A stretch of DNA of 64,000 nucleotides from Eubacteriales bacterium (GTDB taxonomy: Bacteria > Bacillota > Clostridia > Oscillospirales > CAG-272), in the NCBI GenBank assembly GCA_045540175.1, contig JAZQGU010000033.1, positions 18,539-82,538 of the forward strand, read 5' to 3'. A model generated the notes under the pieces. That model was not told where the DNA came from. It saw only the letters and a list, made by a program, of their open reading frames with translations, and searched no databases. The translations under genes were made by a program, and so were the position numbers. This document shows positions 36,081 to 46,611 of this stretch, piece after piece; within the stretch, counting starts at the first letter, position 1, and every line of letters begins with the position of its first letter.

Positions 36081-38479
36081 TTAAGATACCAGATATTATC
36101 TGCGTACTCCTTGACTGCTCTGTCGGCAGAGAAAATTCCTGCCTTTGCGATATTAACGAGAGACTTTTTAGCAAATCCGCGGCGGTCGCCGTAAGCGACG
36201 GAAATATCGTTCTGCGCTCTTACGTAGTCGCCGAAGTCTGCAAACGACATATATGCGTCGGCAGGACCGTAGTTACCGCGGAGAAGCGCGTAAACGATGT
36301 CGTCGAAGCGCTCGCCGTTGATTCCGTTCATAAGGAGATCAAGCACCGCCTTAAGATCGGGATTAGACGCAACGTAGTCCATCGGATTGTATCCGCGTCT
36401 CCAAAGCTCCTCAACCTCGTGTGCCTTAAGACCGAAGAGGAACATATTGTCGTCGCCCACCTGCTCGTAGATCTCAACGTTTGCGCCGTCGAGAGTGCCG
36501 AGGGTAACTGCGCCGTTTATCATAAGCTTCATATTACCCGTTCCCGACGCTTCCTTACCGGCAATAGAGATCTGCTCGGATATATCGGCTGCGGGAATGA
36601 TTATCTCTGCAAGAGAGACTCTGTAATCCTCAATAAATACTACACGGAGACGGTCACGCGAAACGGGATCGTTCTTAAGCATTTCCGAAACCGCGCAAAT
36701 GAGACGGATGATCTGCTTCGCCATAAGGTAACCTGCAGACGCCTTTGCCGCAAAGACGAAGGTGCGCGGACGGAATTCCATATTCGGATTATTCTTGAGG
36801 GTAATATACATATGAAGTATCTGCAGGACGTTAAGAAGCTGTCTCTTATACTCATGCAGACGCTTTATCTGAATGTCGAAGACCGACGTCGGGTCGACGT
36901 TCACGCCGTTTGCTTCTGAAATATAGGAAGCAAGGCGTTTTTTGTTATCGAGCTTAATAGCGTTCAAGCGGTCGAGAACGCTCTCGTCGTCATAATACTT
37001 AAGAAGCTTCTCAAGATGAACGCTATCGTGCTTGAAGCCGTCACCGATAAGCTCGGAAAGAAGCGAGGTAAGACCGGGGTTCGACTGGCAGAGCCAGCGA
37101 CGGTATGCGATACCGTTCGTTACGTTCGTAAATCTGCTCTCGTCCATTACGCAGTAATCGCGGAAGAGCGATTCCTTAAGGATCGAGGAATGAAGCTTCG
37201 AAACGCCGTTTATCTTATGGCAAGCGGCAAGGCAAAGATTTGCCATACGAACCTCACCGCCCGCAATAACTGCCATATAGTCAAGCTTTGCGCGGTCGTC
37301 GCCATAGAATGCGCGAAGCTTTATGAGCAGACGGCGGTTGATCTCCTGCGTTATCTGATAGATACGCGGCATCTGCTCGGAATAGAGCTGCTCGCTCCAT
37401 CTTTCAAGCGCCTCGCTCATAACGGTGTGGTTAGTGTAGGAAAGGGTGCGGCAGGTGATGTCCCACGCCTTATCCCAGTCGAGATCGTGCTCGTCTATGA
37501 GCAATCTCATAAGTTCCGGAACACAGAGTGCGGGGTGTGTATCGTTAATATGAACTGCGACCTTTTCGGGAAGCTGTTCAAGTGTATGGCCGCGGCGAAG
37601 ATGGTCGCGGAGAATCGTCTGCAAGGAAGCAGAAACAAAGAAGTACTGCTGACGCAGACGGAGACGCTTACCCTGAATATGGTTATCGGCAGGATAAAGG
37701 ACCTTCGAAATGACCTCTGCCATAGTCTCCTGCTCGAGCGCCTTTGCGTATTCTCCTCTTGAGAAAGCGGACATATCGAAGCTGTTAGGCGACTTTGCTT
37801 CCCAAAGGGTGAGCTTATTTACTGCCTTGCTGTCGTATCCCGAGATATACATATCGTAAGGGATCGCCATTACGACGCTGTAATCACGGTGGTCGACACG
37901 GTATTTGCCGTCGGAATCAATGCGTCCGACCGCCTCGCCTCCGAAGCGCACCTGTACCGCGTCATCGGTACGGGGATTGAGCCAAACGCCGCCGTTTCCG
38001 AGCCAATCGTCCGGGAATTCCATCTGCCAGCCGCCGACTATCTTCTGGCGGAAGATACCGAATTCGTACTTTATGGAGAATCCCGTGCAGGAAATATCAA
38101 GGGAAGACGCCGCGTCCATATAGCAGGAAGCAAGGCGGCCGAGACCTCCGTTGCCGAGGCCTGCGTCGGGCTCGATGTCGTAAAGAGTCTCTATGTCCTT
38201 GCCGGCACCCTTCAGGATCTTCTTCATCTGGTCTTCAATGCCGAGGTTGAAAAGGTTATTACGAAGCGAGGTTCCGACAAGGAACTCCATCGACATATAA
38301 TATACCTTCTTGTCTTCCTTGATTCCCTTGCGGAATTCGTGGTTCTTCTCTACGAGAAGCTTACGAACAGCGATACATACCGCACGGTATGCCTCGATGT
38401 TCGATGCGTCGGAAAGCGACGTGCCGAAATTCTGCAGGCAAGTCTCTTCTGTCCGTTTTCTTAAAAGTTCTGTGTTCAT
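36077..38479 (-). CDS. glgP: Glycogen/maltodextrin phosphorylase (GT35)
   Basis: 800 aa. GLGNGGLGRLA, and EASGTGNMKLMINGA (PLP-Lys block). Confidence 0.92.
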   Translation of the reverse strand: MNTELLRKRTEETCLQNFGTSLSDASNIEAYRAVCIAVRKLLVEKNHEFRKGIKEDKKVYYMSMEFLVGTSLRNNLFNLGIEDQMKKILKGAGKDIETLYDIEPDAGLGNGGLGRLASCYMDAASSLDISCTGFSIKYEFGIFRQKIVGGWQMEFPDDWLGNGGVWLNPRTDDAVQVRFGGEAVGRIDSDGKYRVDHRDYSVVMAIPYDMYISGYDSKAVNKLTLWEAKSPNSFDMSAFSRGEYAKALEQETMAEVISKVLYPADNHIQGKRLRLRQQYFFVSASLQTILRDHLRRGHTLEQLPEKVAVHINDTHPALCVPELMRLLIDEHDLDWDKAWDITCRTLSYTNHTVMSEALERWSEQLYSEQMPRIYQITQEINRRLLIKLRAFYGDDRAKLDYMAVIAGGEVRMANLCLAACHKINGVSKLHSSILKESLFRDYCVMDESRFTNVTNGIAYRRWLCQSNPGLTSLLSELIGDGFKHDSVHLEKLLKYYDDESVLDRLNAIKLDNKKRLASYISEANGVNVDPTSVFDIQIKRLHEYKRQLLNVLQILHMYITLKNNPNMEFRPRTFVFAAKASAGYLMAKQIIRLICAVSEMLKNDPVSRDRLRVVFIEDYRVSLAEIIIPAADISEQISIAGKEASGTGNMKLMINGAVTLGTLDGANVEIYEQVGDDNMFLFGLKAHEVEELWRRGYNPMDYVASNPDLKAVLDLLMNGINGERFDDIVYALLRGNYGPADAYMSFADFGDYVRAQNDISVAYGDRRGFAKKSLVNIAKAGIFSADRAVKEYADNIWYLK

Positions 38480-38559
38480 TGGTTTAATTGGTTTCCTTTG
38501 CTGAAAATATTGCTGAATTGTTTAAATGCATTTAAGAACGCCGCGACATTCGGCTTCCT

Positions 38560-38636
38560 TGTGTAAAGGGAGGCGGCGGGAGCAAGCCCCCACCCTACGG
38601 TGCGCCGAGGACGTCGCACCCTACAAACGATGTTTC
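38560..38636. repeat. GC-rich mosaic repeat, locus 6 (two CTAC-tailed palindromes)
   Basis: CGGCGGGAGCAAGCCCCCACCCTAC, then GGTGCGCCGAGGACGTCGCACCCTAC, then AAACGATGT. Confidence 0.85.
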
Positions 38637-38640
38637 TTAT

Positions 38641-38778
38641 TTTTCTTTAAAAGAAAGGGGATTCCAAAGGGGAAAACGTGTGCAGAATTTTGCATAGGCA
38701 AAATTCAAACCCGTTGTCACCTTTGGCGGTTTTCTTTGCGAGCGTTTCTTTGTGCGAACAAAGAAATGCGGAAAAATC
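38641..38778. repeat. AT-rich nested-hairpin mosaic element, copy B (partial, rearranged)
   Basis: AAAGGGGATTCCAAAGGGGAAAACGTGTGCAGAATTTTGCAtagGCAAAATTCAAACCCGTTGTCACC, plus an inverted CGCATTTCTTTG..CAAAGAAACGCTCGCAAAGAAA module. Abuts the glgA stop. Confidence 0.85.
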
Positions 38779-40213
38779 AAATCTTATTCCTATACACCTT
38801 AAGGTACTTCTTCACCGATACGTTCCAAGAAAAATCAGTCTTCATATTCTTGCGGACAAGGCGGTTGAAGCCCTTTTTGTCGCCTCTGTAGAAGTCAACG
38901 CATCTTTCGACTGCGCGGAGCATTTCGTGCGCGTTATAATCGACGAAGGTGAATCCGCGTCCGCTCGCATCTGTCGGATCGTAAGCAGGAACGGTGTCAC
39001 GGAGACCTCCCGTTTCTCTTACGATCGGTATAGTACCGTATCTCATTGCGACCATCTGCGAAAGTCCGCAAGGCTCGCTCTGCGAGGGCATAAGGAATAT
39101 ATCGGCACCCGCATAGATGGCGTTTGCAAGCTTCGGATCGAAGCGTATCTCTGCAGCCATTCTGCCCGGGTACTTCTCTGCCGTCATTTTCATTATATTC
39201 TCGTAAGCGTATTCGCCGGTACCGAGAATTACGACCTGTACTCCGAGCGCCATTATCTCGTTTATCACGCAAGCGACGAGGTCCATTCCCTTATGGCTGA
39301 CAAGACGGGTTATCATAGCGACTATCGGCGTATCCTTTTCGGGACGCAAGCCGAGAGTCTCCTGAAGGAAAAGCTTATCCTTCTGCTTATCCTTAACGGT
39401 TTCAACCGTCGGACCGTAATTTGCATAAAGCGCCTTATCGGTCTGCGGATTGAACACTTCCATATCAATACCATTTACAATACCGAAAAGCTTATGAGAA
39501 TTTTCACGGAGTATCGGAGACAGACCGTAAGAATAATATTCCGTCAGTATTTCTCCCGCATAGGTCTCGGAGACCGTCGTTACCGCGTCGGAGAATACTA
39601 TCGCGCCCTTCATAAGGTTTATGCAGTCGCCGTATGTAACAGCTGACGCCGTTTCGGGATCGACTCCCATAACATCGTAAGCGAAGCTCGGAGGCATTTT
39701 TCCCTGATACTCTATATTATGTATCGTAAATACCGTTCTGACCTTACTGAATTGCGGGTAGAACTTGCGGAGAAATACGGGCGTAAGTGCCGTCTGCCAG
39801 TCGTTGCAGTGAAGCACGTCGGGGGTGAAGCCGACAGCTATCATTGCCTCGATGACTGCACGTGAAAAATAAGCAAATCGTTCTCCGTCATCACCGTGAC
39901 CGTACGCAGCCGCGCCGCCTCGGCAGAAATAATATTCGTTATCAATGAATATATACTCGGGGTTTTTGCCCTCTCCCTCACGGAAAATGCCCGTGTACTG
40001 GTTTCTCCAGCTTAGCTGTGTGTTGACCGAGCCGTGGAAAACAAGCTCGTTCATCACCTTTTCATTTTCTTTAATTTTGCCGTAAAGCGGAATAACTACC
40101 TTTACCTCGTGTCCGAGTGCGGCAAGCGCTTTCGGAAGAGCCTGAAGAACGTCGCCAAGACCTCCGGTCTTTATATAAGGTGCCGCCTCGGAGGCGGTAA
40201 GAAGTATTTTCAT
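38777..40213 (-). CDS. glgA: Glycogen synthase (GT5)
   Basis: 478 aa. MKILLTASEAAPYIKTGGLGDV is the KTGGL motif. Confidence 0.92.
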   Translation of the reverse strand: MKILLTASEAAPYIKTGGLGDVLQALPKALAALGHEVKVVIPLYGKIKENEKVMNELVFHGSVNTQLSWRNQYTGIFREGEGKNPEYIFIDNEYYFCRGGAAAYGHGDDGERFAYFSRAVIEAMIAVGFTPDVLHCNDWQTALTPVFLRKFYPQFSKVRTVFTIHNIEYQGKMPPSFAYDVMGVDPETASAVTYGDCINLMKGAIVFSDAVTTVSETYAGEILTEYYSYGLSPILRENSHKLFGIVNGIDMEVFNPQTDKALYANYGPTVETVKDKQKDKLFLQETLGLRPEKDTPIVAMITRLVSHKGMDLVACVINEIMALGVQVVILGTGEYAYENIMKMTAEKYPGRMAAEIRFDPKLANAIYAGADIFLMPSQSEPCGLSQMVAMRYGTIPIVRETGGLRDTVPAYDPTDASGRGFTFVDYNAHEMLRAVERCVDFYRGDKKGFNRLVRKNMKTDFSWNVSVKKYLKVYRNKI

Positions 40214-41322
40214 ATAATTTCTCCCTTTTGAACTATCATCGGGCTGAGCGGAGCGCCGACAATACGGCGGAGGCTCGATATCGTAGCTTCCTTGTCGATT
40301 ATCGCATTCTCAACTACCGCGCCCTCTTTAATAACACAGCTTGCCATAATTACCGAATTGCGGACTACCGCATTCTTCTCTATAACTACCTTACGGAAAA
40401 GCACGCTGTTATCGACCTTACCGTCGATACGGCAGCCGTCGGCAACCGTACAGTCGGTGACCTCGGAATTTTCGCCGTAGTAGGTCGGTATTTCGTCTCT
40501 TACCGTCGTATATATCGGCTTGGACGGACGGAAGATGGCATTGCGGACCTCCTCGTCCTTCATAGCCAGAGAATTATTGAAGTATTCAAGAATATTGCGG
40601 TTCTTCATAATAAGGCCGTCGTGGCAGTAAATGCCGACCGAAAGCTCGCCCTTATTGAATTCCTGCTGGAGGAAGTCACGCTCCAAGTGATAGAATCCGC
40701 GGGAAGCGAGCGCCGAAACCTTTTCGATAAGCAGCTCACGCGAGATTATGTACATACCTATCGAGGTATACTGTCCCTTGTTTGCCGTGTAGTTGAGGTA
40801 AATTGAGCTGACCTCGTCGCCCTCCTTTTCGAATACGAGCTCAGAGGTATTGCTCTCGTTTGCCTGAGCCTCGGATACGACGATCGTGATATCCTTTCCG
40901 CTCTTTTCGTGATACTTGAGTATCTTTCTTATGTCGATATTGCAGATCGTATCGGTATCGGAAAGAACTATATAATCGTCCTCGTGTCTGCGCATAAAGG
41001 GAAGCGCGGCACGGAGCTCCTCGATCTTTCCGCGGTAGCCGCCCGAGCTGCTCGATGCGAAGGGAGGAAGAATGGTAAGACCGCCTCTCTTGCGGTTAAG
41101 ATCCCAGTCCTGGCAGGAGCCGAGATGATCTATAAGCGACTGATAGTTATACTTTGTGATAACTCCGATTCTTTCAATTCCCGAGTTTACCATATTCGAA
41201 AGAACGAAGTCGATCTGGCGGTATCTTCCGCCGAAGGGGAGCGAAGCGACGGTACGGTTTCTCGTCAGGTAATCAAGACCGTCGTTGTACATTCCGGAGA
41301 AAATAATTCCTGTTGCTTTCAT
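40210..41322 (-). CDS. glgD: Glucose-1-phosphate adenylyltransferase, GlgD subunit
   Basis: 370 aa. It has the nucleotidyltransferase + LbH fold but lacks the GGxGxRL motif of GlgC. Lies between glgC and glgA as in Firmicutes. Confidence 0.85.
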   Translation of the reverse strand: MKATGIIFSGMYNDGLDYLTRNRTVASLPFGGRYRQIDFVLSNMVNSGIERIGVITKYNYQSLIDHLGSCQDWDLNRKRGGLTILPPFASSSSGGYRGKIEELRAALPFMRRHEDDYIVLSDTDTICNIDIRKILKYHEKSGKDITIVVSEAQANESNTSELVFEKEGDEVSSIYLNYTANKGQYTSIGMYIISRELLIEKVSALASRGFYHLERDFLQQEFNKGELSVGIYCHDGLIMKNRNILEYFNNSLAMKDEEVRNAIFRPSKPIYTTVRDEIPTYYGENSEVTDCTVADGCRIDGKVDNSVLFRKVVIEKNAVVRNSVIMASCVIKEGAVVENAIIDKEATISSLRRIVGAPLSPMIVQKGEII

Positions 41323-41338
41323 ATCGTCACGTCTCCTC

Positions 41339-42526
41339 TCAATAAACCGACTTAGCGGCTATAGTTTCGCCATTCGGCACGGTCTTGTCGCTTCCGACGA
41401 CCGCAACGCCCCATTCGGGAGAATCGGTCTTGGGCGCGCCAACGTGCGCTCCCTCGCCGATCACGCATCTTTCACCGACAATCGAATATTCAACAGTTGC
41501 CTTACTCTTGATAACCGAGTTCGGCATTACGACGGAGTCAGTAACGACTGCGCCCTCCTCGACATAACATCCCGTCGAGATAACGGAATTTTCAACCCGT
41601 CCCTTGATAATGCATCCCTCTGCGATGAATGAGTTCTTGACTGTCGAGCCCTTTGCAATATTTGACGGAGGCTGAGCATAGTTACGGCTGTAAATACGGA
41701 ACTTCTTCGGTGCATTTACGTTAATGGGCTGGCTCGGGTCGAGCAGGTCCATATTTGCCTGCCAGAGCGAATCAAGCGTTCCGACGTCACGCCAATAGCC
41801 GTCGAAGGTATATGCGTAAAGACCTCTGCCGTCGTTAAGAAGCGCGGGGATTACGTTTTTACCGAAGTCGTTGCTTGACGACGGGTCGTTTTCGTCGTCG
41901 ATAAGGTACTGACGGAGCGTACTCCATGTGAAGATATAAACACCCATAGATGCGAGATTGCTCTTCGGCACCTTTGGCTTTTCTTCAAACTCCGTAATGC
42001 GGTCGTCGCCGTCGGTGCTCATGATACCCATTCTCGATGCTTCCTCTATCGGAACGGTACGAACGGCAATAGTACATTCCGCATTCTTTTCCTTGTGGAA
42101 GGAAAGCATCTTTGAATAGTCCATCTTATAGATATGGTCGCCCGAAAGAATAAGAACGTATTCGGGGTTATAACGGTCTATAAAATGGATATTCTGATAT
42201 ATCGCGTTCGCGGTACCCTTATACCACGAATTATCCTTTGTCTTCATATAAGGGGGGAGAACGTGAACTCCTCCGAAATTGCGGTTAAGGTCCCAGGGCT
42301 GACCGTTCCCTATGTAGTCGTTAAGCTCGAGAGGCTGGTACTGCGTAAGTATACCGACGGTGTCGATTCCCGAGTTTATGCAGTTTGAGAGAGAATAGTC
42401 GATAATTCTGTACTTTCCCCCAAAAGGAACTGCAGGCTTTGCGGTGTTCTCGGTAAGCACGTAAAGACGGCTTCCCTGTCCTCCCGCGAGAAGCATAGCA
42501 ACGCACTCCTTGCTTCTTACTGTCAT
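41339..42526 (-). CDS. glgC: Glucose-1-phosphate adenylyltransferase
   Basis: 395 aa. [32 protein letters not shown]. Confidence 0.92.
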   Translation of the reverse strand: MTVRSKECVAMLLAGGQGSRLYVLTENTAKPAVPFGGKYRIIDYSLSNCINSGIDTVGILTQYQPLELNDYIGNGQPWDLNRNFGGVHVLPPYMKTKDNSWYKGTANAIYQNIHFIDRYNPEYVLILSGDHIYKMDYSKMLSFHKEKNAECTIAVRTVPIEEASRMGIMSTDGDDRITEFEEKPKVPKSNLASMGVYIFTWSTLRQYLIDDENDPSSSNDFGKNVIPALLNDGRGLYAYTFDGYWRDVGTLDSLWQANMDLLDPSQPINVNAPKKFRIYSRNYAQPPSNIAKGSTVKNSFIAEGCIIKGRVENSVISTGCYVEEGAVVTDSVVMPNSVIKSKATVEYSIVGERCVIGEGAHVGAPKTDSPEWGVAVVGSDKTVPNGETIAAKSVY

Positions 42527-42609
42527 GAAATAAACCTTCTTTCTTTTCCTCGTTATACGAAGATTAGTTTTTTATTTTACCCGTGCTCGTGACGGGGGTA
42601 GGTTTTTGT

Positions 42610-42704
42610 GTAGGGCGGGGGCTTGCTCCCGCCGCCGCAGGTCGTCAGACCTGCGGAAATGAGTTACATCGATTCGCAACGGCGGGAGCAAGCCCCCGCC
42701 CTAC
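42610..42704. repeat. Compact palindromic element (25-bp GTAG-headed terminal inverted repeats) inside the glycogen operon
   Basis: GTAGGGCGGGGGCTTGCTCCCGCCG (42610-42634) and its exact inverse (42680-42704) flank CCGCAGGTCgtcaGACCTGCGG and GAGTTACATCG. Confidence 0.9.
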
Positions 42705-42730
42705 GGTGTGGTGATAAAATTTATTTTATA

Positions 42731-44569
42731 TCACTTTCTTATATACGTCATCTTATAAAAGCTTGCCGACATCGGCGGAATATCGAAGGCTGCCGACTGA
42801 TTCTGTCCGTCGAACGGAATATCGTCGGTCTTTATCTTCTCGTTTCCTCCGCCCGTCGTGAACACCTGCTTAAGGATGCACTTTTTCGGGATTCCGATGC
42901 GGTAATCCGGTCTATGAACAGGGCAGAAATTGAATACTGCGATCAGCTCGTTTCCCTTTCCGTCGATACGGCGGAAGGCGAACACGCTGTTGTCGCGGTC
43001 ATCGACCTTCAGCCAGGAAAAACCGTTCCAATCGTTATCGTTTTCCCATAGCGGCGGATTATTAATGTAGAAGTGATTGAGCGCACGGACATATCTCTGC
43101 ATATCCGCGTGGCTTTCATAGCCGAGCAAGAACCAATCAAGCTCGCGCTTTTCGTCCCACTCTATAAACTGTCCGAGCTCACCGCCCATAAAGAGGAGCT
43201 TTTTACCCGGATGCGCCATCAGGTAGGAATACAGCACCTTCAGCGACGCGAACTTTGTTCCGTAGTCTCCCGGCATACGTCCGATAAGCGAGAGCTTGCC
43301 GTGTACGACCTCGTCGTGCGAAAACGGAAGAACGTGATTCTCCGAGAAGGCATAAGTGAGTGAAAACGTTATCTTATCGTGGTCGAATTTTCTATATATC
43401 GGATCTGCCGACATATAGTCGAGGGTATCGTGCATCCAGCCCATATTCCACTTGAAGCCGAAGCCGAGCCCTCCGTCGTAGTCGGGCTTGGTTACAAGCG
43501 GGAACGACGTTGCCTCCTCCGCTATCATCATAACGGCAGGATTCGTTCTGTACGCCACGGCGTTCATATCGCGGATGAGGCGCACCGCGTCGTGATTGAC
43601 CGAATCGTACGGCTTGCGCCAGCAGTCGGGGTCACGCGCATAATCCTTATATATCATATTCGTGACGGCGTCACAGCGGATACCGTCAACGTGATATTCC
43701 TTTATCCAGTATCTTATATTTGAGATAAGGAACGCCCTTACCTCGTTGCGTCCGAAGTCAAATAGCCGAGTTCCCCACTCGGGATGCTCACGCCTGCTTG
43801 GATCGCGGTTTTCGTAGCAGCAGCTTCCGTCGAATTCGTAAAGCCCGCATTCGTCCTTCGGAAAATGTGCTCCGACCCAGTCGATTATCACCCCGATACC
43901 CGCCTGATGCAGACGGTCGATCAGGTACATAAAATCGTGAGGCGTACCGTAACGCGAGGTCGGTGCGTAATATCCCGTCACCTGATATCCCCAAGATCCG
44001 TCAAACGGATGCTCCGCAACGGGAAGAAACTCAACGTGAGTATATCCCATATCGGTAAGATACGGAACGAGATCGTCCGCCAGCGCACGGTAAGAATAGA
44101 AATTCCCGTCCTCATACTTGCGCCAGGAGCCGAGGTGCATTTCATATATATTGACAGGGGAATTGAGCGGATTTCTCCTCTTTGACGCCCTCATATACTT
44201 GGCGTCGCCCCATTCATAGCCCGAGAGATCAAACACTCTTGACGCCGTTTCGGGGCGCGTACAGGTATGGAAGCCGTATGGATCTGCTTTCATTACAAAT
44301 GAGCCGTCGGGACGCTCTATATAATACTTATATTCGTCGAACTGACTTGCCTGAACACGGCATTCCCAAAAGCCGCCGAGGTTATTCATCACGGGGGCGC
44401 TTCTGTCCCAGCCGTTAAAGCGTCCGACAACTCTTACGCTCTTCGCCTCGGGAGCCCAGACGCGGAAGACGTATGAATCGCCGTCGCGGTGGCATCCGAG
44501 ATACTCATAAGCGCAGTCACAGTATCCGTCCCATATCGCTCTTTTGTATTCCTCGTGCGTCACAGCCAT
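42731..44569 (-). CDS. glgB: 1,4-alpha-glucan branching enzyme (GH13_9)
   Basis: 612 aa. FRVWAP...GWD (CBM48), DWVGAHF, GIRCDAV, MIAEE and FSHDE. Confidence 0.92.
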   Translation of the reverse strand: MAVTHEEYKRAIWDGYCDCAYEYLGCHRDGDSYVFRVWAPEAKSVRVVGRFNGWDRSAPVMNNLGGFWECRVQASQFDEYKYYIERPDGSFVMKADPYGFHTCTRPETASRVFDLSGYEWGDAKYMRASKRRNPLNSPVNIYEMHLGSWRKYEDGNFYSYRALADDLVPYLTDMGYTHVEFLPVAEHPFDGSWGYQVTGYYAPTSRYGTPHDFMYLIDRLHQAGIGVIIDWVGAHFPKDECGLYEFDGSCCYENRDPSRREHPEWGTRLFDFGRNEVRAFLISNIRYWIKEYHVDGIRCDAVTNMIYKDYARDPDCWRKPYDSVNHDAVRLIRDMNAVAYRTNPAVMMIAEEATSFPLVTKPDYDGGLGFGFKWNMGWMHDTLDYMSADPIYRKFDHDKITFSLTYAFSENHVLPFSHDEVVHGKLSLIGRMPGDYGTKFASLKVLYSYLMAHPGKKLLFMGGELGQFIEWDEKRELDWFLLGYESHADMQRYVRALNHFYINNPPLWENDNDWNGFSWLKVDDRDNSVFAFRRIDGKGNELIAVFNFCPVHRPDYRIGIPKKCILKQVFTTGGGNEKIKTDDIPFDGQNQSAAFDIPPMSASFYKMTYIRK

Positions 44570-44594
44570 TCCCCCAAATTGTTATTGTGACTAA

Positions 44595-44623
44595 ATTATA
44601 ACACAGTTTTGACGATTTGTCAA
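44595..44623 (-). promoter_or_regulatory. Promoter of the glycogen operon
   Basis: On the minus strand, TTGACA-17 nt-(TGt)TATAAT. Confidence 0.65.
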
Positions 44624-44684
44624 ACGAAATTAACGCAGTTTGTGCCAATATAAGCAAAAATATACAATAATTTGCGCGTTTTCA

Positions 44685-45638
44685 TCATTTTACAAGCAAC
44701 TCAAAGAGCATAAACACAAGCGGAATAGTTCCGCAGCTCATAATATGGGATATAAGCGCCATCGAAGATCCGACCGAGGTATCAAGGTCATAGGCCTTCG
44801 GAATGACTATCGTATTAAGCCCGAGAGGCATCGCAACCGAGCAGATCATGCAAAGAGAGATCGGCTTCGGTATCGGCAAAAAGATAAGCGGCAGCATAAA
44901 GATCATCGGCATCACGATCAGGCGTATTACCGAAACAATATAGACCGAGATCTTGGAAAACGCCTTTCCGAGACCGATTTCGGCAACCGTCATTCCCGTA
45001 AGGAGCATTGCGATCGGCGACATACAGTCACCGAGCGTATTGATCGCCGAAACTGTAAAGCCGGGCAGATACTTGACGGCTCCGCTGATACCGAGGATCA
45101 TTCCGATTATCATCGAAATAAACATCGGGTTAATAATTTTACGCAGGCGCGAAGCTATACCGCCTATTTCGCCGTCCTGCGGCATAAGAAGAGACGGAAC
45201 ACCCCAAACGTATATGAGTATCCATAGCGGGATCGTGAGTATCAGATAAAACGGGAAGACCTCGGGAAAAAGCGAATTGACGACCGCATTTCCCATGAAG
45301 CCGAAGTTTGAAAAGGTCAGACCGTATGTATAGAGATTTCTTTCATACCTGTCCTTTGTAACGATGCGTGAAAAGACTATCGCAAGCGCCATCGACAGGA
45401 CGGTAACCGCCGTTCCCGCGAGCAGATACTGCCACGACGCCGAGAGCTTTTTGACCGTGAAATCGGTCATCAGAGTTCCTATAACGAGCGCGGGAATAAA
45501 CACGTTGTTTTCGAGCTTACTGAGAACCGACGGCGTATTGTCGGGGGCAGCCTTTATCTTCTTCAGAATATAGCCGAGAGCTATAAGCAGGAAGAGAAAT
45601 GCCATCTGCCCAAGAGTTGTGGTAAATACCTTCATCAT
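44685..45638 (-). CDS. AEC (auxin efflux carrier) family transporter
   Basis: 317 aa with about 10 TM segments. Paralog of the next gene. Confidence 0.8.
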   Translation of the reverse strand: MMKVFTTTLGQMAFLFLLIALGYILKKIKAAPDNTPSVLSKLENNVFIPALVIGTLMTDFTVKKLSASWQYLLAGTAVTVLSMALAIVFSRIVTKDRYERNLYTYGLTFSNFGFMGNAVVNSLFPEVFPFYLILTIPLWILIYVWGVPSLLMPQDGEIGGIASRLRKIINPMFISMIIGMILGISGAVKYLPGFTVSAINTLGDCMSPIAMLLTGMTVAEIGLGKAFSKISVYIVSVIRLIVMPMIFMLPLIFLPIPKPISLCMICSVAMPLGLNTIVIPKAYDLDTSVGSSMALISHIMSCGTIPLVFMLFELLVK

Positions 45639-45654
45639 TTTACCTTTCGGATCA

Positions 45655-46596
45655 TTATACTAAGATGTTAAACAGCATAAATACAAACGGTATCGTCAGA
45701 CACGCAAGCACGTGAGAGATAAGCGCCATTCCCGACGCCACCGTACTGTCAAGCCCGTACGCTTTCGGAACGACCACGGAGTTCAAGCCGAGCGGCATAG
45801 CGACCACGCAGACCATAAGCAGAGCAACGTCGCGCGGTACGGGAAGAAATCTGAGCGCCGTCATAAATGCAAGCGGAAGAATAAGAAGTCTTATCGCGGT
45901 AAGAAGATAGACCGTACCCGTTCCAAGCGCCTTTTTAATATCTATCTCGGCAATCGTCATTCCCGTTATCAGCATCGCAACGGGCGACATGCAGTTTCCG
46001 AGTGACTCCGCCGATTCTGTTACGAACTTCGGCATCGGGATCGATGCAAGACTGATTATCATACCTATTATCATACAAACGAACATAGGATTGATAAGCG
46101 ATTTCAGACGGGAGCGAATACTCGGCTTCTCTTCATGAGACGGTATAAGCAGAGCGGGAAATCCCCATGAGTACATTACGATGGAGATAGGCGTTGTAAG
46201 GATAAGATAGTTCGCAAAAAGATTTGGGAACACGCCTTTTACCACTGCATTGCCCATAAATCCTTGGTTAGAAAAGCAGAGACCGTAGCTGTATAGATTT
46301 CTCACGTATGAGTCCTTGCTCAGCAGGCGCGCAATGGTAAGTCCAATAGGTACTGCCACCGCTACAACTACCGTTCCGCCCAAAAAGAACTTCCACGAGA
46401 CCGAAAGCTTCTCCACCGTAAATCCGGTCATAAAGGTCGAGAACACGAGCGCAGGAATGAAAAGACTATTTTCGAGCTTACTGAGCACGGTCGCCGTGTT
46501 ATCGGGAATAGCCTTGATTTTTCTGAGAATGTATCCGAGAATAATAAAGAAAAACAGGTAGCCCATCTGGCTAAGAGCCGGGATAAAGACTTTCAA
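45655..46596 (-). CDS. AEC family transporter, tandem paralog
   Basis: 313 aa, colinear with 44685-45638 (MKVF.P.L.QM..LF..I.LGYIL.KIKA.PDNT..VLSKLEN). Confidence 0.8.
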   Translation of the reverse strand: MKVFIPALSQMGYLFFFIILGYILRKIKAIPDNTATVLSKLENSLFIPALVFSTFMTGFTVEKLSVSWKFFLGGTVVVAVAVPIGLTIARLLSKDSYVRNLYSYGLCFSNQGFMGNAVVKGVFPNLFANYLILTTPISIVMYSWGFPALLIPSHEEKPSIRSRLKSLINPMFVCMIIGMIISLASIPMPKFVTESAESLGNCMSPVAMLITGMTIAEIDIKKALGTGTVYLLTAIRLLILPLAFMTALRFLPVPRDVALLMVCVVAMPLGLNSVVVPKAYGLDSTVASGMALISHVLACLTIPFVFMLFNILV

Positions 46597-46611
46597 TGAA
46601 AAAGCACCTTC

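Noticed and set aside
44685-46596. Tandem AEC transporters as part of a novel system with the glycogen operon
   Set aside because: This is a simple tandem duplication of a common transporter family. The pair is separated from glgB by the operon promoter, and there is no evidence of functional linkage.
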